This document shows positions 14,606 through 23,041 of a stretch of DNA of 32,000 nucleotides, one piece after another (positions within the stretch are counted from its first letter, which is position 1; each line of letters begins with the position of its first letter). The DNA lies in NCBI RefSeq assembly GCF_008065095.1, contig NZ_CP042911.1, positions 3,870,001-3,902,000 on the forward strand, given 5' to 3'. Source of the DNA: Gemmata obscuriglobus (lineage in GTDB: Bacteria; Planctomycetota; Planctomycetia; Gemmatales; Gemmataceae). Below the pieces are notes generated by a model. It saw only the letters and a program-made list of their open reading frames with translations. It was not told the origin of the DNA and did no database searches. The translations under genes were made by a program, and so were the position numbers.

Positions 14606-16801
14606 ATGCCGACTCGTCTCCTCCTGACCTTTGCGGCCGTTGTCGCCCTCACGCTCCCATGCAGGGCGGCTGAGAAAGTGGACTTCGCGCGCGACATCCG
14701 CCCGATCCTGTCGGACAAGTGCTTCAAGTGTCACGGCCCCGGCACGCAAAAGGCCAAGCTGCGGCTTGACGACCGCGACGCGGCCGTCAAAAAGGGCGCA
14801 CTTACACCCGGGAAGCACGCCGACAGCACACTGATCGAGCGCGTCCTGCTCGACGACAGCGACACGGGCCGGATGCCACCTCCTGACACTGCGGACCGGC
14901 TCACTCCCGAACAAATCGCGAAGCTCAAGAAGTGGATCGATGAGGGGGCCGAGTACCGGCCGCACTGGGCGTTCGTCCCTCCGAAACGCCCCGACGTTCC
15001 GAAGGCCGCGCCGGCCGCCAACCCGATCGACGCGTTCGTCCGCGCGCGGCTCGCCCAAGACGGGCTGGAGCCGGCGCCGCAGGCCGACAAATCGACGCTC
15101 ATTCGCCGCGTCACGCTCGACCTCACGGGGTTGCTCCCGACCCCGAAGGAGGTTGAAGACTTCCTGGCGGATAAGTCGTCCGGCGCCTACGAGACGGTGG
15201 TGGACCGGTTGCTCGCCTCCCCGCACTACGGAGAGCGGATGGCGCGCCACTGGCTCGATCTGGCGCGCTACGCCGACAGCAACGGGTACACGATCGACGG
15301 CCCGCGGCAGATCTGGGCGTACCGCGACTGGGTCATTAAAGCCCTTAATTCCGACATGCCTTTCGACCAGTTCACGCGGGAGCAACTCGCCGGCGACCTG
15401 CTCCCGGGCGCGACACTGGACCAGAAGGTCGCGACCGGGTTCCACCGCAACACGGCGTTCAACGAGGAGGGCGGCACCGACCCCGAGCAGTTCCGGGTCG
15501 AGCGGACCATCGACCGCGCCAACACGACCGGTGCCGTGTGGCTGGGGCTCACGTTCGGGTGCGCCCAGTGCCACGACCACAAGTACGACCCGCTGCCTGC
15601 GAAGGACTACTACCGGCTGTACGCGTTCTTCGACAGTTGTGACGAGCCCACCATCCCGATCGGCGGGCCGGCGGACCTGGAAAAGCGGATCGCGGAGCTT
15701 CAAACGAAGGTCGCCACCGCCCGTCTAGCGGGCAACGACGCCGAAACCAAGAAGCTTTTGGCGGAGATCAAGAAGGTTCAGGGCCAGGTGCCCACGACGC
15801 TGGTGATGCGCGAGCGCGCGAAACCGCGGCAGACATTCGTGCAGGTCCGCGGCGATTTCCTCCGCAAGGGCGAGGAAGTTCAGCCGGGTTACCCCGCCGC
15901 CGTCGGAACCACGCCGGCCGAGAAGCGCCTGACCCGCCTCGATCTTGCCAAGTGGCTGACCAGTGCGGACAACCCGCTTACCGCGCGGGTGACGGTGAAC
16001 CGCGCGTGGCAAACGTTCTTCGGACGGGGCCTGGTCGAAACGGAAAACGACTTCGGCCTCCAGGGCAGCTTCCCAACCCACCCCGAACTGCTCGACTGGC
16101 TCGCGGTCGAGTTCGCGTCGCCGTCGGGCCGGTGGAGTTTCAAGCGCCTGCACAAACTGATCGTGACATCGGACACCTATAAACAGTCGTCGGCGGCCCG
16201 GCCCGAGCTGGCCGAGAAGGACCCGCGTAACCTGCTCCTGGGCCGTCAGTCGCGGTTGCGGTTAGAAGCCGAGATCATCCGCGACGTGTCACTTTCGGCA
16301 AGCGCGCTGCTGAACCCGAAGCTCGGCGGCCCGGGCGTGTTCCCGCCGCAGCCGCGGGAGCTGTTCCAGTTCACGCAGAGCAACCACGCGTGGGCCGAGA
16401 GCAAAGGCCCGGACCGCTACCGACGCGGCATGTACACGTACATCTGGCGCCAGTCGCAGCACCCGCTGTTAGCCACGTTCGACGCGGCGGACGCGCAGGT
16501 GGCGTGTACGAAGCGGAACCGGAGCAACACGCCGCTTCAGGCGCTGCACCTGGCGAACGACCCGGCGTTCGTAGAGTTCGCCGAGGCGCTCGGGAAACGG
16601 ATCGAGTCCTCAAGTCCGTCGGACGATGCCGGCAAGATCGCCTTCGCGTTCGCGGTGTGCTTCGCGCGCACACCGACCGACGCGGAGGCGAGCCGGGTTC
16701 GGTCGTACCTGGACGCCAGGCGCAAGGCCGACCCGAAAACGGCTTGGGCGGCGGTGGCCCGCGTGCTGATGAACCTGGACGAGTTCATCACGAGGGAGTG
16801 A
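14606..16801 (+). CDS. Planctomycete cytochrome-c-domain protein (PSCyt1 + DUF1549/PSCyt2 + DUF1553/PSD1)
   Basis: ATG 14606 follows GGAG, and the signal peptide is MPTRLLLTFAAVVALTLPCRA. The heme motif CFKCHGP is present. DUF1549 text is seen (NPIDAFV...LIRRVTLDLTGLLPT...SPHYGERMARHWLDLARYADSNG). DUF1553 text is seen (CAQCHDHKYDP...DYYRLYAFF). Confidence 0.9.
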   Translation: MPTRLLLTFAAVVALTLPCRAAEKVDFARDIRPILSDKCFKCHGPGTQKAKLRLDDRDAAVKKGALTPGKHADSTLIERVLLDDSDTGRMPPPDTADRLTPEQIAKLKKWIDEGAEYRPHWAFVPPKRPDVPKAAPAANPIDAFVRARLAQDGLEPAPQADKSTLIRRVTLDLTGLLPTPKEVEDFLADKSSGAYETVVDRLLASPHYGERMARHWLDLARYADSNGYTIDGPRQIWAYRDWVIKALNSDMPFDQFTREQLAGDLLPGATLDQKVATGFHRNTAFNEEGGTDPEQFRVERTIDRANTTGAVWLGLTFGCAQCHDHKYDPLPAKDYYRLYAFFDSCDEPTIPIGGPADLEKRIAELQTKVATARLAGNDAETKKLLAEIKKVQGQVPTTLVMRERAKPRQTFVQVRGDFLRKGEEVQPGYPAAVGTTPAEKRLTRLDLAKWLTSADNPLTARVTVNRAWQTFFGRGLVETENDFGLQGSFPTHPELLDWLAVEFASPSGRWSFKRLHKLIVTSDTYKQSSAARPELAEKDPRNLLLGRQSRLRLEAEIIRDVSLSASALLNPKLGGPGVFPPQPRELFQFTQSNHAWAESKGPDRYRRGMYTYIWRQSQHPLLATFDAADAQVACTKRNRSNTPLQALHLANDPAFVEFAEALGKRIESSSPSDDAGKIAFAFAVCFARTPTDAEASRVRSYLDARRKADPKTAWAAVARVLMNLDEFITRE

Positions 16802-16807
16802 GGAGTT

Positions 16808-17134
16808 ATGGGGCTTGGTAGCCACGCCAACGTTCACAACACGTGCCTCCGACTCCTCGCCAGCAAAGGGTACGCGTTGCGCGTAACAGGCGAGGTAATT
16901 GAAGAGGGCCAGTTCCCAACGGACTGTCACTGGATCGCGGAGAAAGATGGTTTCTACTTCTGTGCTCACAATCCGATTGAGCTGCTCGGGCTGGTGGCCG
17001 TTCGCGATCACCTGCAACCTCAAGAAGACGTTCCGTACTGGTGGGCGATTCGCGGCGCGGATCTGAGTACCGAACTTTTGGAGCGGGCGTTCGGCGATTG
17101 CAAGCTCGGCACCGGGCGAGAGGCTCTTGAATGA
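16808..17134 (+). CDS. Hypothetical 108-aa protein wedged between the DUF1553 and DUF1501 genes
   Basis: ATG 16808 lies 6 nt after the upstream stop and is preceded by GGGAGTGAGGAG. Its TGA overlaps the ATG of the next gene (ATGA at 17131-17134). The composition is protein-like and Cys/Trp-containing. About one third of its codons end in A/T, visibly more than in the neighbouring genes. I do not recognise a family. Confidence 0.55.
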   Translation: MGLGSHANVHNTCLRLLASKGYALRVTGEVIEEGQFPTDCHWIAEKDGFYFCAHNPIELLGLVAVRDHLQPQEDVPYWWAIRGADLSTELLERAFGDCKLGTGREALE

Positions 17135-18567
17135 CCACCCACGAAATTGACGACGCCCTCACGCTGGCGCGTACCCGGCGGCACTTCTTCCGCGACTGCG
17201 GGGTCGGCATTGGCGCGATGGCCCTGGGCTCGCTCCTCGCGCGCGACTCGCGGGCGAAGGAGCGGACCGACCCGCTCGCGCCCAAAAAGCCACACTTCCC
17301 GGCGAAGGCGAAAGCAGTCATCTTCCTGTTCATGGCCGGAGCGCCGAGCCAGCTCGAGCTGTTCGAGCCGAAACCGGAGCTGAACAAACTGAGCGGCCAG
17401 AAGGTCCCCGAGACGTTCACCAAGGGCAAGCGGTTCGCGTTCATCAAGGGCGACGCGAAGCTGCTGGGGACGGTGCGGAAGTTCGAGAAGGTCGGGCAGT
17501 GCGGGATGGACGTATCCGAACTGCTGACCCACCACAAAGGGATCGTGGACGAACTGTGCTGGTTCCGCGGCATGAAAACGGACGTGTTCAACCACGGCCC
17601 CGCGAAGTGCTTTGTCAACACGGGCAGCCCGCAGTTCGGCCGCCCCAGTATGGGCGCCTGGCTCACCTACGGGTTGGGCAGCGAGAGCGACAGCCTGCCC
17701 GGGTTCGTGGTGCTGCAATCCGGCCCGCGCGGGCCGCGCGGCGGGGCGGCACTGTACGGCTCCGGCTTCCTGCCCAGCCTGTACCAGGGGGTGCCGTTCC
17801 TCAAAGGGCCGAGCCCGATCCTCGACCTCGCACCGCCGCCGCGGGTGAGCAACAAGGACCAGGGGGAGTTCGTTGAAGCCGTCGGCGACCTCAACAAACT
17901 CCGTCACGAGGCGACCGGCGATCCAGAAATTCAGACGCGCATCGCCGCCTACGAGATGGCCTACCGCATGCAGACCTCGGCCCCGGAGCTGATGGACCTC
18001 GCTAAGGAGGACAAGAAAACGCTCGCGGCGTACGGCGCGGAGCCGGGCAAGCCGAGTTTCGCGGCCAACTGTGTCCTCGCGCGGCGGCTCGTGCAGCGCG
18101 GCGTGCGGTTCGTGCAACTGTACCACACCGACTGGGACCACCACGGCGGCAGCCTGGACCTCACGAAGCCGCTGGAGAACATCTGCAAGGAGATCGACCA
18201 GCCCTGTGCCGCACTGGTCCGCGACCTGAAGCGGCTGGGACTACTCGACAGCACAATCGTGGTGTGGGGCGGCGAGTTCGGGCGCACACCGATGGGCGAA
18301 ACGCGCGAGACCGTCGGCCGCGACCACCACATCGACGCCTACACGATGTGGGTCGCGGGCGGCGGGTTCAAACCGGGCCTCCTGCACGGCAAAACCGACG
18401 AGATCGGTTACAACGTGGTCGAGAACGAGGTTCACGTTCACGACCTGCAAGCCACGATCCTCAACCAGATGGGTCTGGACCACACGAAACTCACCTACCG
18501 GTTCCAGGGACGCGACTTTCGGCTCACCGACGTTCACGGCAAGGTCGTAAGAGACGCGCTGGTGTGA
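17131..18567 (+). CDS. DUF1501 protein (sulfatase-fold, Tat signal), paralogue 1
   Basis: The twin-arginine motif is TRRHFFRDCGVGIGAMALGSLLA. The text FLFMAGAPSQLELFEPKPEL and ...WGGEFGRTP...GRDHH are typical DUF1501 sequences. Confidence 0.9.
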   Translation: MTTHEIDDALTLARTRRHFFRDCGVGIGAMALGSLLARDSRAKERTDPLAPKKPHFPAKAKAVIFLFMAGAPSQLELFEPKPELNKLSGQKVPETFTKGKRFAFIKGDAKLLGTVRKFEKVGQCGMDVSELLTHHKGIVDELCWFRGMKTDVFNHGPAKCFVNTGSPQFGRPSMGAWLTYGLGSESDSLPGFVVLQSGPRGPRGGAALYGSGFLPSLYQGVPFLKGPSPILDLAPPPRVSNKDQGEFVEAVGDLNKLRHEATGDPEIQTRIAAYEMAYRMQTSAPELMDLAKEDKKTLAAYGAEPGKPSFAANCVLARRLVQRGVRFVQLYHTDWDHHGGSLDLTKPLENICKEIDQPCAALVRDLKRLGLLDSTIVVWGGEFGRTPMGETRETVGRDHHIDAYTMWVAGGGFKPGLLHGKTDEIGYNVVENEVHVHDLQATILNQMGLDHTKLTYRFQGRDFRLTDVHGKVVRDALV

Positions 18568-18622
18568 TCGCGCCAGCACGGCCGCTTCGCCCCGACTCAA
18601 CATCTACTTACGGACGACACCG

Positions 18623-19879
18623 ATGGCCCAGTCGTGTCCCCATTGTGCCGCGCCGCTCCCAGACACCTGGGACGCGTTCTGCGGGTCCTGCCGCAACCCG
18701 TTGCCCGAGACTGAGGCCGCTCAGCCGACGGGTGCGGCGGATGTCGTAACGGAACCGGGAGCAACACAACCGGCCGAACCCCACACCGACGACCCAACGG
18801 CGCGGTTCTGGCAAACGCTCACCGAAATCACGCCCCGCCCGACCGTGACTCGCGTTCTCGTCGCGATCAACCTTGTGATTTTCGGGCTCATGGGAGCCTC
18901 CGGGTTGAGTCTGAACCAGCCGAGTCCCGCTGAACTACTGAAGTGGGGAGCGGACTTCGGCCCCAACACGCTTAACGGCGAGTGGTGGCGGGCGCTAACG
19001 TGCATGTTCGTCCACATCGGCATCCTACACATCTTGATGAACATGTGGGTGCTCTCGGCCACCGGACCGTTGGTGGAACGGATGCTCGGGAACGCGGGGT
19101 TCTTGGTCGCCTACTTGGTTTCGGGGCTGGGCGGGAGCTTGGCCAGCCTGTGGCTTAACCCGGGTGTCGTCAGTGCCGGCGCTTCTGGCGCCGTGTTTGG
19201 CATTTACGGCGCGCTGCTCGGGTTGCTCCAGCGCCAGCGGACATCGATCCCGCCGGCCGCGCTGACCGGCTTAAAAAACAGCGGGCTCGGGTTCCTCGCG
19301 TACAACGTGTTCTTCGGGCTGACGCAACCGAACATCGATCTCGCCGCCCACGCGGGCGGATTCGTCACAGGTTTCTTGTGCGGGTTGGTGCTGAGCCGGC
19401 CGTTCACCCCCGCCGGGGTCGCAGCGCGGCCGACCCGAAACTTCGTGACCGGTTTCGGCGGCTTTGTCGTAATCACGGTCGGGTTAACCCTTCTCTCCGT
19501 GGCGCCGCCGAAAATCGTTCTGATCGACCGGGAACTTGAGCGCTGCGAAGAGCTGGACAAGCGCGCGAGGCAGTTCATTCGCACCGGTCACGAACGCCTG
19601 TCTCGTGGCGATCTCGACGACAAAGCCTTCGCTGAGACGATCGAACGCAGTCTGTTGCCCGAATGGCGGGAGGCCCGCACACGTTTGGCCGCCCTTCGCG
19701 GAACGTCATCTCACGACGACGCTCACCTCACCTTGGTCCTCGATTACATGCAGCTCTGCGAAGAGGGTTGGACGCTGTACGCCGAGGCCGTTCGCACCGG
19801 AGACGATGGCAAGGCACAGGAAGCGGCTAACAAGCACAAACTGGCGGACGCCCTGGTTGACAAAATCCGAACGCACTAA
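18623..19879 (+). CDS. Rhomboid-family intramembrane serine protease with an N-terminal zinc ribbon and a C-terminal helical extension
   Basis: CPHC...CGSC lies at the N-terminus. Rhomboid motifs seen are WWRALTCMFVHIGILHILMNMW, GASGAVFG (catalytic Ser) and AHAGGFVTG (catalytic His). An extra soluble C-terminal region of about 120 aa is rich in charged and helical residues. Confidence 0.85.
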   Translation: MAQSCPHCAAPLPDTWDAFCGSCRNPLPETEAAQPTGAADVVTEPGATQPAEPHTDDPTARFWQTLTEITPRPTVTRVLVAINLVIFGLMGASGLSLNQPSPAELLKWGADFGPNTLNGEWWRALTCMFVHIGILHILMNMWVLSATGPLVERMLGNAGFLVAYLVSGLGGSLASLWLNPGVVSAGASGAVFGIYGALLGLLQRQRTSIPPAALTGLKNSGLGFLAYNVFFGLTQPNIDLAAHAGGFVTGFLCGLVLSRPFTPAGVAARPTRNFVTGFGGFVVITVGLTLLSVAPPKIVLIDRELERCEELDKRARQFIRTGHERLSRGDLDDKAFAETIERSLLPEWREARTRLAALRGTSSHDDAHLTLVLDYMQLCEEGWTLYAEAVRTGDDGKAQEAANKHKLADALVDKIRTH

Positions 19880-20073
19880 GCGGCGAGCACTTCGCGTCAC
19901 AACGGCCTGCTCGACCACCAGCACGTTCCACCGGGCGGAACCTCTCGTCATTCCAGAGCCTCCTCAACCTTCCCATTTCGTTCTTGAACCGCATTGCGCA
20001 CGCGGTTACCTTTCAAACTCCTACCTTCAGTGGGTTCTAACCCACCTGCTGCCCCTTCCCCGGAAACGCTGCC

Positions 20074-21492
20074 ATGCTCCGGGTCCTCGGCCACCCTTCC
20101 GCCGCTTGTGACGGTCTGACGCGCCGCGACCTGCTGCGCGCCGGTTCGCTTGCCGCGCTGGTCGGCGGCACCGCCGCGGTTCCTACTTCCGCTGTGACAG
20201 GCTCGGACGCATCGCCCGGAAAAAGGGCGCCGGCGAAGGCCGTCATCCTCATCGACCTGTACGGCGGCCCGTCCCACATCGACACCTTTGATATGAAGCC
20301 CAGCGCGCCGCCGGAAATCCGCGGTGAGTTCCGGCCCATACAAACAGTGCTGCCTGGAGTGCAAGTGTGTGAGCACCTGCCGTTGCTCGCCCAGCGGCTC
20401 AACAAGCTCGCGGTCGTGCGCAGCGTCACACACAAGTACAACTCACACAACCCTTACGGAGTGATGACGGGGTTTGACGGCGGGCAGGACCAAATGGACT
20501 ACTTCGCCAGGCCCACCAACCACCCGAGCGTTCCGAGCGTTTGCCAGTACTTCGGGGTCGGCCACAGCCGCGATCTGCCGGGGTACGTGATGCTGCCCGC
20601 GTTCCCCGGGTACAGCCAGGGGCTCCGCCGCGCCGGCCCCTACGGCGGCTACCTCGGACCCAAATTCGACCCGGTGTTCAGCGTCGCCGACACCTTTTCG
20701 GGCAGCGACACGTCCAGCAACAAGGACTTCTACAACCCGCACGTCGCGCTCACCGGCGAGCCACGGTTGCCCAAAATTAGCGGCGAGTTGACGCTCGACG
20801 CACTGAACGGCCGCCGCTCGCTCGTGCAGCAACTCGAATCGAAGGCCGCGCACTTCGAGGCAAAGGGGCACGACTTGCGGCGCGACGCCGCGTTCGAGCT
20901 GCTGCTGTCGCCGAAGGCGAAAACCGCATTCGACCTCTCGAAGGAGCCGGAAAAGTTGCGCGACCGTTATGGGCGCGACGTGTTCTCGCAGAGCCTGTTG
21001 CTGGCTCGGCGTCTTATCGAATCGGGCGTGACGTTCGTCACCGTTCACACCGAGGCCAAGCCGAACGGCCACTGGGACACGCACAACAACAACTTCAACA
21101 TGCTGAAGCACCTGCTGCTGCCGTTCCTCGACCGCGCGCTGTCGGCCCTGATCGACGACCTTACCGATCGCGGGTTGCTCGAGAGCACACTCGTGGTCGT
21201 GACCGGCGACATGGGCCGCACCCCCAAGGTGAACAGCGCCGCCGGGCGCGACCACTGGCCGCAGTGCGGGTTCTGCCTGTTCGCGGGCGGCGGCACGAAG
21301 CCCGGTATCGTCCACGGCGCGACGGACAAAATCGCCGCCTACCCGACCGATCACCCGGTGAGCGCCGGTGACCTCGTGAGCACCGTCTATCACCTCGTCG
21401 GTGTCGACCCGGAGGGCATGGTCCCCGATCACACCAACCGCCCGATTCACATTTCCCACGGCGGCAAACCGATCCGCGGGATATTGGCCTGA
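20074..21492 (+). CDS. DUF1501 protein (Tat signal), paralogue 2
   Basis: The twin-arginine motif is LTRRDLLRAGSLAALVGG. Typical DUF1501 text is present: LIDLYGGPSHIDTFDMKP and ...TGDMGRTPKVN..GRDHW. Confidence 0.9.
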   Translation: MLRVLGHPSAACDGLTRRDLLRAGSLAALVGGTAAVPTSAVTGSDASPGKRAPAKAVILIDLYGGPSHIDTFDMKPSAPPEIRGEFRPIQTVLPGVQVCEHLPLLAQRLNKLAVVRSVTHKYNSHNPYGVMTGFDGGQDQMDYFARPTNHPSVPSVCQYFGVGHSRDLPGYVMLPAFPGYSQGLRRAGPYGGYLGPKFDPVFSVADTFSGSDTSSNKDFYNPHVALTGEPRLPKISGELTLDALNGRRSLVQQLESKAAHFEAKGHDLRRDAAFELLLSPKAKTAFDLSKEPEKLRDRYGRDVFSQSLLLARRLIESGVTFVTVHTEAKPNGHWDTHNNNFNMLKHLLLPFLDRALSALIDDLTDRGLLESTLVVVTGDMGRTPKVNSAAGRDHWPQCGFCLFAGGGTKPGIVHGATDKIAAYPTDHPVSAGDLVSTVYHLVGVDPEGMVPDHTNRPIHISHGGKPIRGILA

Positions 21493-21502
21493 CGCAAGCC
21501 GT

Positions 21503-21586
21503 TTCACCGCAGAGGGCACGAGAGTGCTCAGGAAAGACAAAAGGGCGATCCTTGGGCTAACTCCCCTCTGCGCCCTCTGCGGTGAA
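21503..21586. repeat. REP/MITE-like palindromic intergenic element, copy B
   Basis: TTCACCGCAGAGGGC (21503-21517) and GCCCTCTGCGGTGAA (21572-21586) are exact reverse complements. The first 22 nt (TTCACCGCAGAGGGCACGAGAG) are identical to one arm of copy A, which is in inverted orientation relative to copy B. Confidence 0.75.
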
Positions 21587-21607
21587 ACTGATCTCCCGGA
21601 GAAACCC

Positions 21608-23002
21608 ATGCTGCGCATCGGCGACTCGGCCCGGCTCGGGCGGCGCGACTTCCTCCGCGTCGGCAGTCTCGCACTCGGTGGCCTGTCACTTCCGTGGCTC
21701 CTGCCCACCACGCGAGCCGGCACGAAACTCTCGGAACTCGGGAAGCCGGTCACGGACAAAGCCGTCGTGTTCCTGTTCATGCACGGCGGACCGAGCCAGT
21801 TCGAGACGTTCGATCCCAAGATGACCGCGCCGGCCGAGATCCGCTCGGCGACCGGCGAAATCAAGACCGCGGTTCCGGGCGTCACCTTCGGGAGCGGGTT
21901 CCCCGAACTCGCGGCGCGCGCCGACCGGTTGTGCGTCGTGCGGTCGTTCGTCCCGGGCGACGGCAACCACGACATCAAGACCATCGTCGGCAAGGACTCG
22001 TACATGGCCAACATCGGCAGCGCGTACGCCAGCGCCGCCGGGGCCAGTTTGCCGGGCAACGGGTTACCCACCAACTGCGTGCTCTTCCCGCGCGCGGTCG
22101 ATCCGGGCGCCGGGCCGGAGCAAAGCGGGTTCGGCAAGTTCGCATCGCACGGGCCGTTCCCCGCCAGCACTGCCCCCTTTCAACCCGACGGCAACGGGGC
22201 GCTCAAGAAGGACATGATGCTCAACCTGCCGGCGGACCGCCTCGACGACCGCCGCGCAATGCTGCGCGCGTTCGACGCCGCAAAATCGACCCGCGACGCG
22301 GGCTTCGATCAGATGGACGCGGCCCGCCAGAAGGCGTTCGGCATCCTTCTGGGCAACGCGGCCGAAGCGTTCGACCTCGCAAAAGAGGACCCGAAAACGG
22401 TCGCGCGGTACGACACCGAAAAGCTGTACGACGTGACCACGATCAACAAAAAGTGGAACAACTGGCGGCACTACACCGACAACGCGAAAACGCTCGGCAA
22501 GCTCATGCTGCTCGCCCGCCGGCTGGTGGAGCGGGGCGCGGGGTTCGTCACCGTCACGACGAACTTCGTGTGGGACATGCACGCCGACAGCAACAACGCG
22601 ACGGTGACCGAAGGCATGGGCTACATGGCCCCGCCGTTCGACCACGCGGTCAGCGCGTTCCTCGACGACCTCAAGGCCCGCGGGCTCGAAGACAAGGTGC
22701 TGCTGGTCGCGTGCGGCGAGATGGGGCGCACGCCGCGGATCAACAAAACCGGCGGGCGCGACCACTGGGGCAACCTGGGGCCGCTCCTCCTGGCGGGCGG
22801 GGGCCTCCCGGGCGGCGCGGTGATCGGCAAGTCGAGCGCGAACGGCGGGGAACCGAACAGCGATCCGGTCAAGGTGACGAACCTGATCGGGACCATCATG
22901 AGCACGCTGTTCGACACCGGAAAGTTGCGCGTCACGCGCGGGGTCAGCCGCGAACTGCTTCAAATGGCCGATTACTCACCAATTCCTGGCCTGAACGGGT
23001 AA
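21608..23002 (+). CDS. DUF1501 protein (Tat signal), paralogue 3
   Basis: ATG 21608 begins MLRIGDSARLGRRDFLRVGSLALGG. The track ORF from 21401 would read through the palindromic repeat. Typical DUF1501 text is present: FLFMHGGPSQFETFDPKM and ...CGEMGRTPRIN..GRDHW. Confidence 0.9.
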   Translation: MLRIGDSARLGRRDFLRVGSLALGGLSLPWLLPTTRAGTKLSELGKPVTDKAVVFLFMHGGPSQFETFDPKMTAPAEIRSATGEIKTAVPGVTFGSGFPELAARADRLCVVRSFVPGDGNHDIKTIVGKDSYMANIGSAYASAAGASLPGNGLPTNCVLFPRAVDPGAGPEQSGFGKFASHGPFPASTAPFQPDGNGALKKDMMLNLPADRLDDRRAMLRAFDAAKSTRDAGFDQMDAARQKAFGILLGNAAEAFDLAKEDPKTVARYDTEKLYDVTTINKKWNNWRHYTDNAKTLGKLMLLARRLVERGAGFVTVTTNFVWDMHADSNNATVTEGMGYMAPPFDHAVSAFLDDLKARGLEDKVLLVACGEMGRTPRINKTGGRDHWGNLGPLLLAGGGLPGGAVIGKSSANGGEPNSDPVKVTNLIGTIMSTLFDTGKLRVTRGVSRELLQMADYSPIPGLNG

Positions 23003-23041
23003 ACTCGGGGCGCTCCGGCCTGACCCCGTGGAGTGCCGCCG

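Noticed and set aside
14414-15703. 429-aa minus-strand ORF antisense to the PSCyt/DUF1549 gene (similarly 17020..18144, 20443..22170, 22064..22963 and 22976..24370 on the minus strand, and 21694..23112 on the plus strand)
   Set aside because: All have extreme Arg/Pro/Gly/Val composition and no motifs. Each overlaps a plus-strand gene with clear family signatures. Long shadow ORFs are expected at this GC content.
21401-21607. N-terminal extension of DUF1501 paralogue 3 (track ORF starts at 21401)
   Set aside because: The extension overlaps the end of paralogue 2 and translates the palindromic repeat (..FTAEGTRVLRKDKRAILGLTPLCALCGE..). The Tat signal follows the internal ATG at 21608.
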